Assembly (NCBI GenBank): GCA_020353515.1
Contig: CP070695.1
Span: 4,047,632 to 4,092,190 of the forward strand
DNA from: Candidatus Heimdallarchaeota archaeon
Lineage (GTDB): Archaea > Asgardarchaeota > Heimdallarchaeia > Hodarchaeales > Hodarchaeaceae
Direction: 5' to 3'
DNA: 44,559 nucleotides
Shown here: in pieces, positions 38,590-44,559 of the stretch
Numbering within the stretch: position 1 is the first letter of the stretch
Layout of the letters: the number at the start of each line of letters is the position of its first letter
Made by a program: the position numbers and the translations under genes
The notes under the pieces: generated by a model
What the model was told of the DNA's origin: nothing
What the model saw: only the letters and a program-made list of their open reading frames with translations
Database searches by the model: none

Positions 38590-39889
38590 GAAACATACAC
38601 GCTTCTCGTATATGATCCAGATTTGCTATCCATCGAATTAATCGTTCAAAACCCAGTCCAAAACCTGCATGGGGAGGCATACCATATTTAAACATACGGA
38701 GATACCAATTGAAATTGTCTAAGTCATATCCCTGTTTAATAATTCGATTTTTTAATATTTTATAATCTGAGACACGTTGTCCACCACTTGAAAGTTCTCC
38801 GAATCCCTCTGGAGCCATCAAATCCAATGAATGGGTGATTCCAGGTTTTTGAGGGTCAGTCGCGTAATACATACCTCGTAGATGAGTTGGAAATTCCGTT
38901 ATGAAAAAAGGTTCTTGAAATGCCTTTGATAAAGCTGTTTCTTCTGGGGCACCAAAATCCTCTTGCGGCTCTGTTTCAACACCTAATTCATGTACTAATG
39001 ATTTTGCTTCAGCGAAAGGTAATCGTTTAAATGGTTTTGAAGGTAGAGTTATTTTTCGGTTCAATAATTCTAATTGAGTTGCTCCATCTTTTGTGACTTG
39101 TTTTAGGACAGAAATTACTAGATCCTCTTGAACTTGCATGATCTCTTCGTCAGTAGCAAAAGCAATTTCGTTTTCGATTTGGTAGAACTCATTAATATGT
39201 TTAGGTGTATGAGATTTCTCTGCGCGCCAAGAAGGAATGATCCCAAATATTTTTTCGTGACAGGCGAGAGCAGCTTGCTTATAAAATTGACAGCTCTGAG
39301 CCAGAACAGCAGGATGTCCAAAATAATCTACTGAAAACATTTCAGCTCCCCCTTCAGTAGAAGCTGTTAAAATAAGAGGTGTGAAGATTTCAATGAAACC
39401 TTTCCTCAAAAAAAATACCCTCGTTGAAGCAGCAATGAGATTTTTTAGCTCCATAACAGCAATGATTTCTGGGTCTCTAATTGAAAGCTCCCGATATTTG
39501 AAAACAGTATCAATATCCATTTGCGTTTTCATTTTTGTCAAATCAATTGGGAATTTTGGAGCAGCCAAAGAGTGAGTATGAATCATTGATGGAATCAATT
39601 CAGCACTTAGTTTCGAGCGGGGATCAGCTTTAACAGTACCTTTGATGGAAACAACTGACTCAAGAGATAACCCTTTGCAGGTTTCCCAGACCTGAGGCTC
39701 AGTTTTGTTCTTGTGTAGTGTTACTTGACAAATTCCTTGAGTATCTCGAATTGTCAGAAAAATCAACCGACCCTTATCTCGAATTTGCTGTACCCACCCT
39801 CCTATTAGCACTTTTATTCCATCATTATTGCTGTTGACATCACGACAGCTGTGTGTTCGCATTTCTGGATTAACTGCGTAAATCATCAT
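38561..39889 (-). CDS. aspS: Aspartate--tRNA ligase, archaeal type (class IIb), with AsnRS-like segments
   Basis: OB-fold GWV-x2-IRD, STEGGA, LAQSCQFYKQ, motif 2 WRAEKSHT-x2-HINEF, ELSSGGQR, motif 3 YGMPPHAGFGLGFERL; GAGGA SD. Confidence 0.8.
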   Translation of the reverse strand: MMIYAVNPEMRTHSCRDVNSNNDGIKVLIGGWVQQIRDKGRLIFLTIRDTQGICQVTLHKNKTEPQVWETCKGLSLESVVSIKGTVKADPRSKLSAELIPSMIHTHSLAAPKFPIDLTKMKTQMDIDTVFKYRELSIRDPEIIAVMELKNLIAASTRVFFLRKGFIEIFTPLILTASTEGGAEMFSVDYFGHPAVLAQSCQFYKQAALACHEKIFGIIPSWRAEKSHTPKHINEFYQIENEIAFATDEEIMQVQEDLVISVLKQVTKDGATQLELLNRKITLPSKPFKRLPFAEAKSLVHELGVETEPQEDFGAPEETALSKAFQEPFFITEFPTHLRGMYYATDPQKPGITHSLDLMAPEGFGELSSGGQRVSDYKILKNRIIKQGYDLDNFNWYLRMFKYGMPPHAGFGLGFERLIRWIANLDHIREACMFPRTPEIFQP

Positions 39890-39986
39890 AATATTCCTCG
39901 TTGTTTCGCTTGCATTCGGATTTTCCTATTAATTTAATGGCTATCAAAACAGATGTTTCACTAATTCCTGCAATAACAGTTCAGCT

Positions 39987-40002
39987 TTGAAAACTATATA
40001 AG
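39987..40002 (+). promoter_or_regulatory. BRE/TATA-like element TTGAAAACTATATAAG
   Basis: A purine-rich run followed by TATATAA, 20-27 bp upstream of the TTG at 40022, consistent with a leaderless archaeal promoter. Confidence 0.4.
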
Positions 40003-40021
40003 ACTGAATATTCCATATGGA

Positions 40022-40195
40022 TTGAAACATTACATTGATTTAATCCAAAAGGAATCTACTCGTTTAGCTCAACATAAAGAACGTATCCAGCTATTCTTTC
40101 AAGCTGACCGACTTCTTTCTCCCGAGGATAAGGGGAAATTACTTCAGCAATACAGTAGAAAGGCGGTGTTAACTATTGAGTCTGTCGAAAGTTAG
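40022..40195 (+). CDS. Small unannotated helical protein (57 aa)
   Basis: TTG...TAG ORF MKHYIDLIQKESTRLAQHKERIQLFFQADRLLSPEDKGKLLQQYSRKAVLTIESVES fills an otherwise empty gap and has a TATA box upstream. It is below the ORF-track cutoff. Confidence 0.5.
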   Translation: MKHYIDLIQKESTRLAQHKERIQLFFQADRLLSPEDKGKLLQQYSRKAVLTIESVES

Positions 40196-40213
40196 AATGA
40201 AAAATGATTAACC

Positions 40214-40240
40214 AGAAAAAAGAAAAAAAGAGAGAGAGGA
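40214..40240 (-). terminator. Pyrimidine/oligo-U terminator of the 760-aa membrane protein gene
   Basis: The minus strand reads TCCTCTCTCTCTTTTTTTCTTTTTTCT just downstream of the stop at 40256. Confidence 0.5.
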
Positions 40241-40255
40241 GATTCGATTTATTCA

Positions 40256-42538
40256 TTAGCCACCAAAGATCTGCGTGAATCCAACAGCATCCATTTGATC
40301 AAACAAATCGTTGATTAATTCAGCGCTTGCTTCTTGTGCCAGAAATGCTGTTGCTGCTTTCAAGGTGTTAATAGCATCTTTAGCACCAGTGGCGAGTCCG
40401 GCTATGGATTTTACAGTCGCATTAAGTCCACTATCAGGATCTTCAGGTGGCCAAGGATAATGTAAGGTATTTTTCCATGCAACAGTGATAGCAGGCGATA
40501 TTACTGAAGTGAATCCTATTTCGTCAAATCCATCAGTTGCATTTTCTATTGCATAATCCATGTATGCTATAGATTTATCAATATTTGGATCGACACTGAA
40601 ACTTTCAAAAAATATTGTACCATTATCTCCTGCAGCAAGTCTAATCGCATTATATGTCGAATTAAATAAGTTTAATCCTTCAGTAAAAGAGTAGGCAGAA
40701 AGTAATGTAAAATCTAATGCTGTTAAGAGGTGGGAAATTTCTGTAACGTTTGTTTCAAACTGTTCAAGCATACTCCCGAAGTCAATTAACATTGGTTTAA
40801 GGGACCCATCAATAATCTCACCATATGATTTATCGTTAAAGCTATCACTTAATTCCGTGGCGTTACCAATATTGTATCTAGCTCCAGCGAAAGTTATTCG
40901 AGCATTAGTTGCTTCACTTGAAAGGTTATTCAAATCTTCACTGATTGTAAGGAGATCGTCACTACCAAAATCAATAGCATTGAGCGCCACAACGATATCT
41001 TCAATCTCCATGTAACATTCCGTACCATTGGTTGCTGCTTTAGCAAAGTATGTTAGAAGCTCGGTCATATCAGCGATGATTTCAACTGTTCCCCAAAATG
41101 GTAAAACAGAATCTGGATCAAGATCAGAAGTATCAATTCCTCTTAGAGTATCATTTGCGTCAGATAAGTCATTAGAAGCATCACCCATCCATTGATGAGC
41201 GCCTTCGAAATCAGAATCACCCAAATCTTCCACAGCGAGGATTGTTTTATAAGTAGCATTCAAGAAATCAACAGCCGCCTCTGCAACATAGAGGATTAAT
41301 CCATAACCTATTTGAGATTCTTCTATAAAAGCGGTGACATCTCCAAATCCCCCTTCTCCAGTGAAAACTTCGTCAACGATGTCTATTGCTGATTCCAATG
41401 CTTCTTCTACTCCTTCTCTAGAATCATCAAAATAATCTATTGCGGTGGAAATATTTTCTAATCCAGCATTGAATTCAGGGTCATAAGTAGCCTCTGTTAT
41501 AGAAGTAGAGCCCCCAAAGCCTCCACCTATATCAGATTCTCCCAGTATTGAGAAAGTTCGATCGAATCCATCTGTTAAATAATAATACCCGAGTATGAGG
41601 TTAGGTGCTTCTTCTGCAACAATAGCAAGAATATCTGCAATATCTAATAACATGTCCAACTTCTCTACATTAATACCTTCCATTTGGACGAGGTCTGGGA
41701 GAAGTTGCATGAGAATTCTAGTATAAAAGTTGCCTTGGACATGATCAAATTTGTATGCAGAACGTGTGAACCATTCAGAAGCTCTTTGACATGCCTCAGT
41801 TAACTGTTTAAGTACTGTTTGATTTCCTAGATCGAATGGAATTTCAGCTTGAGCGCCACCTCCACCTGGCACTCCCAGTTCACCTCCAAAAGCACTGTAT
41901 AATTCTCCTGTTCCAGCTACTAGGGAGACTCCACCATCCGCAAAATTAGCAATTCCATGATATGCTAAGGGGACGGTAAGAAGGATAATGATCGTGAATA
42001 CAGCTGCAATGGGTTTTACAATGACAGAGAGTATTGAAAGTTCGCCTTTTTTAGTCCAGATTCCTGTGGCTAATGTGGAGAGGAAAAATCCCAAGAAAAG
42101 AGCCATAATCTCTAAGATGACCAAATCAGCAATGATAGCGATTTGAACAATCGTATTCATTAGACCTGCATATTCAGGTGGTATTAAGTCACTTTTAGCG
42201 AGTGATGTTAATGGGCCTGCAAGTTCTGAGAGCAAACCATAAGGGTTAACAAACCAACCACCTGTAAATGTAGAAGCAAAGAATAGAACAACCCATGAGA
42301 TAGGTGCAGCAATGATGCTTAAGAGTCCCAACAGTTTTGAGCGTGTTAAGATTCCAGTAAGGCAGAAGGCAATTGCTACAACAATTAGCTCTAGTTGAAG
42401 TAAAAGTGCGTTTTTTTGAGCACCTAGAATTGCGAAAACAAGAGCAATAATGATAGGTGCAATAACAGCGGCTACAAACCCCATCCAAAGAGGTAGGGCT
42501 TTTATAGTCCGTAAATCATCTGACTCAGCTTCAAACAT
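40256..42538 (-). CDS. Membrane-anchored protein: about 5 N-terminal TM helices plus a ~560-aa acidic helical domain rich in N-glycosylation sequons
   Basis: Hydrophobic segments within residues ~15-195, then amphipathic D/E/A-rich helices with 12 N-x-S/T sequons. Confidence 0.8.
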   Translation of the reverse strand: MFEAESDDLRTIKALPLWMGFVAAVIAPIIIALVFAILGAQKNALLLQLELIVVAIAFCLTGILTRSKLLGLLSIIAAPISWVVLFFASTFTGGWFVNPYGLLSELAGPLTSLAKSDLIPPEYAGLMNTIVQIAIIADLVILEIMALFLGFFLSTLATGIWTKKGELSILSVIVKPIAAVFTIIILLTVPLAYHGIANFADGGVSLVAGTGELYSAFGGELGVPGGGGAQAEIPFDLGNQTVLKQLTEACQRASEWFTRSAYKFDHVQGNFYTRILMQLLPDLVQMEGINVEKLDMLLDIADILAIVAEEAPNLILGYYYLTDGFDRTFSILGESDIGGGFGGSTSITEATYDPEFNAGLENISTAIDYFDDSREGVEEALESAIDIVDEVFTGEGGFGDVTAFIEESQIGYGLILYVAEAAVDFLNATYKTILAVEDLGDSDFEGAHQWMGDASNDLSDANDTLRGIDTSDLDPDSVLPFWGTVEIIADMTELLTYFAKAATNGTECYMEIEDIVVALNAIDFGSDDLLTISEDLNNLSSEATNARITFAGARYNIGNATELSDSFNDKSYGEIIDGSLKPMLIDFGSMLEQFETNVTEISHLLTALDFTLLSAYSFTEGLNLFNSTYNAIRLAAGDNGTIFFESFSVDPNIDKSIAYMDYAIENATDGFDEIGFTSVISPAITVAWKNTLHYPWPPEDPDSGLNATVKSIAGLATGAKDAINTLKAATAFLAQEASAELINDLFDQMDAVGFTQIFGG

Positions 42539-42745
42539 ATTTTATCACTTAAATAAAGTTCTTTAATAATATGATTCCGTTGTTCTTATGCTGCTTATTA
42601 AAATTAACTTTTTGAATACTTGAAAAAACGGAAAAATTTCCTAATCGGAAAAATATGTATATCTAAAGGGAATGATTTCTGAAATATTGTTCCAGAGTCT
42701 AATTATTTTTAGAGTATTTGGACGCTGTACTCATTCGAGGAATGT

Positions 42746-43633
42746 TCAAAGTAATAATATAATCAAACAGATGAATAAGGTAACAATTAGTGCTGAACTC
42801 AGATTTACAAAATCATTATTGATCTGCTGAATTCCACGGTGTAATATTGTTTCATTCCCACATCTTTTGTGGGGATTTGTTTCAGTTTCTTTTTTACAGT
42901 CATTACAATAATAAATCCCTTGAATAGCAGCACCTTCAATTGAGTCGATTATAGATCCTAGAAAGCCCCCGATTGCAATAAGAAAGAAAAAAATTATCGT
43001 TTCAATGGACAGTAGAGAGGTGATGATAGCAAAAAGTAAGTAAACTGCTGCTATAAGGCTTGCTCCTAAAAGAGATGCACAGGATCCATAAAATGTTATC
43101 CCTCCGCTCGTACCCGGATCAACTTTTTGTCGAATATTTGTTACAAGCCTGGGAGGGCTTTTTGAAAGGATACCTATTTCTGTTGCCCATGTATCTGCTG
43201 TATGAACTGCAAAAGCTGCAAAAACACCAATAAAAAAAGGATCGAAAGGATTATGGGGATTCATATGAGATTTAGCTAAATTAGGGAGAAGTTCAAATAA
43301 AAAATAACCAAAAGCGAATAAAAATGGGATAATACCGTTTGCAGTGACTTGTATCGCATCACGCTTTGTAGATCCTTTAGCAAAATCAGAAGTTATACTT
43401 GATTTTTCTTTGGCCTTCATTTTCGTTAATATTGACGAGCTAAAGAAGAATATACAGAGTACAACCCAAAAAAAAGGTTGGATGATAAATAATGAAATAC
43501 CTAGTGAAGCTGCTGATAGGATTCCAAAAGGAACTGTGAGGTATTGTTTTTTTAGGATTATGAATAGTAAGGGGAGATTGAAAATAATGGAGAGGGGAAC
43601 CATGACTATCAAATAAGATAATAGTGAAGTCAA
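42746..43633 (-). CDS. DUF92 (TMEM19/VTE6-like) membrane protein
   Basis: FFFSSSILT, RDAIQVTANG, ADTWATEIG, PGTSGGIT, GSIIDS, CxxC...H..CG, NDFVN; TTG start with GGTGG SD. Confidence 0.9.
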   Translation of the reverse strand: MTSLLSYLIVMVPLSIIFNLPLLFIILKKQYLTVPFGILSAASLGISLFIIQPFFWVVLCIFFFSSSILTKMKAKEKSSITSDFAKGSTKRDAIQVTANGIIPFLFAFGYFLFELLPNLAKSHMNPHNPFDPFFIGVFAAFAVHTADTWATEIGILSKSPPRLVTNIRQKVDPGTSGGITFYGSCASLLGASLIAAVYLLFAIITSLLSIETIIFFFLIAIGGFLGSIIDSIEGAAIQGIYYCNDCKKETETNPHKRCGNETILHRGIQQINNDFVNLSSALIVTLFICLIILLL

Positions 43634-43728
43634 TTGGAACCACCGTATTTGAGCTGGAAATTGTACTATTCTAATGGTAAAGGTTGATTATATTAGATTT
43701 AGTGAATACGCAGATAAGTAAAAAAGGT

Positions 43729-44559
43729 TTAAGATAATCCTCTTCTAAATTCATCCCATGTTTTAATTGTAAGACCATATTTTTTTGCCTTTTCTACTTT
43801 TGCTGATCCTGGATTCTCGCCTAATACTAACAAATCAAGTTTTCTTGAAAGTGAAGTCCATTCATAACCATGCTGAGCAACAAACTTCTCTAATTCCTTT
43901 TTATTCATTCCTGAAACTTTCCCAGTAACATAAATAGTCTTTACCGGTTCTTGACTATCAGAGGAAGCGTAGAAAACTTCATCAGAGGTGATGAATTGAT
44001 CTAAACCACCCATTCTTCGCTTTTGTGCAATTTGTTTTTTCTTCTCCTGATAAATGATTTTTACTCCTTTTGCTAAGATTTGATCACCCAAAGATGGATC
44101 ATGAAGACCAGAGTGGATATAATTCGCAGTGAGATCAGAAATTCCTTCTAATGAAATTAATTGCTTAATACTTGCTTTTTTTAGATCTTCAAAGGTTTTG
44201 AAGTGTTTAGCTAGAGTCTTGGCCATACCAATTCCAAGGGATTCAATCCCTAATCCTGCAAGGAAGATATGAAAGGGGAGCTGTTTTTTTTCTCGAATAC
44301 TCTGGAAAATTCGAGATCCATTCTTACCAAGATGATTAACCAAGACTCCCTCAGTTAGTTTAGTATCATAAAGATCAGTAAAATGTCTAATAAGGCCTAA
44401 ATCATAGAGTTTTGCGATATTTTTTGGTCCTAATCCTTCGATTTCAGTTACCCGTATCCAGTGACGAAAGGCTTGAATATCACGATCACGACAGGGTGAT
44501 CCTGTACAAACCAGATTCACTCCATCTCGTTTTAATACTGAGTCACAGGAAGGACAATT
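43729..44559 (-). CDS. ligA: NAD+-dependent DNA ligase, C-terminal part (Zn finger, HhH motifs, BRCT); 5'-truncated by window edge
   Basis: The frame is open to base 44559. NCPSCDS-x8-VCTGSPC (C4 Zn finger), HhH motifs IEGLGPK, LGIESLGIGMA and LEGISD, and a BRCT (YVTG...LVLGENPGSAKVEKAKKYG-x5-WDEF). The adenylation domain lies outside the window. Confidence 0.85.
   Translation of the reverse strand, partial: NCPSCDSVLKRDGVNLVCTGSPCRDRDIQAFRHWIRVTEIEGLGPKNIAKLYDLGLIRHFTDLYDTKLTEGVLVNHLGKNGSRIFQSIREKKQLPFHIFLAGLGIESLGIGMAKTLAKHFKTFEDLKKASIKQLISLEGISDLTANYIHSGLHDPSLGDQILAKGVKIIYQEKKKQIAQKRRMGGLDQFITSDEVFYASSDSQEPVKTIYVTGKVSGMNKKELEKFVAQHGYEWTSLSRKLDLLVLGENPGSAKVEKAKKYGLTIKTWDEFRRGLS

Noticed and set aside
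17-43643. Numerous 60-115 aa ORFs in the track that overlap major genes (e.g. 17931-18236, 29272-29619, 35823-36122)
   Set aside because: They are antisense or alternate-frame shadows of well-supported genes and have no motifs of their own.
1-44559. tRNA, rRNA, IS elements or provirus
   Set aside because: All intergenic gaps are short (under about 330 bp) and AT-rich, with no GC-rich cloverleaf, terminal inverted repeats, transposase, integrase or capsid genes seen by eye. An Infernal or tRNAscan run would be needed to exclude small ncRNAs.

Overview
AT-rich, gene-dense archaeal chromosomal segment with about 40 CDS. It is truncated at both ends: an acyl-CoA dehydrogenase at the left edge and an NAD+-dependent DNA ligase at the right edge. 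Alba, CarS, PCNA, RFC-S/RFC-L, archease-RtcB and an archaeal-type class IIb synthetase show it is archaeal. The IDLxPL-type LRR protein, large TPR proteins and orphan histidine kinase suggest an Asgard lineage (inference only). The first 16 kb is a CoA-dependent catabolic region: acyl-CoA dehydrogenase, the ring-opening hydrolase BamA/Oah, thiolase, Hbd, acyl-CoA ligase, iorA-paaI-iorB, an orphan citF and an unusual ATP-citrate-lyase-like pair. An LRR-HEPN(RxxxxH) fusion gene sits inside this region and looks like a one-protein sensor-RNase. The middle holds alba, carS and a pcn-rfcS-rfcL cluster in which PCNA has a 30-aa acidic Trp-containing tail. The right part holds archease-rtcB, an MBL hydrolase, a Pol-beta nucleotidyltransferase, an AspRS with AsnRS-like segments, a large membrane-anchored helical glycoprotein, DUF92 and a bacterial-type LigA carrying a PIP-box-like insertion. 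I saw no rRNA, tRNA, CRISPR array, transposase, integrase or intein. All calls come from manual motif recognition; no database searches were run.
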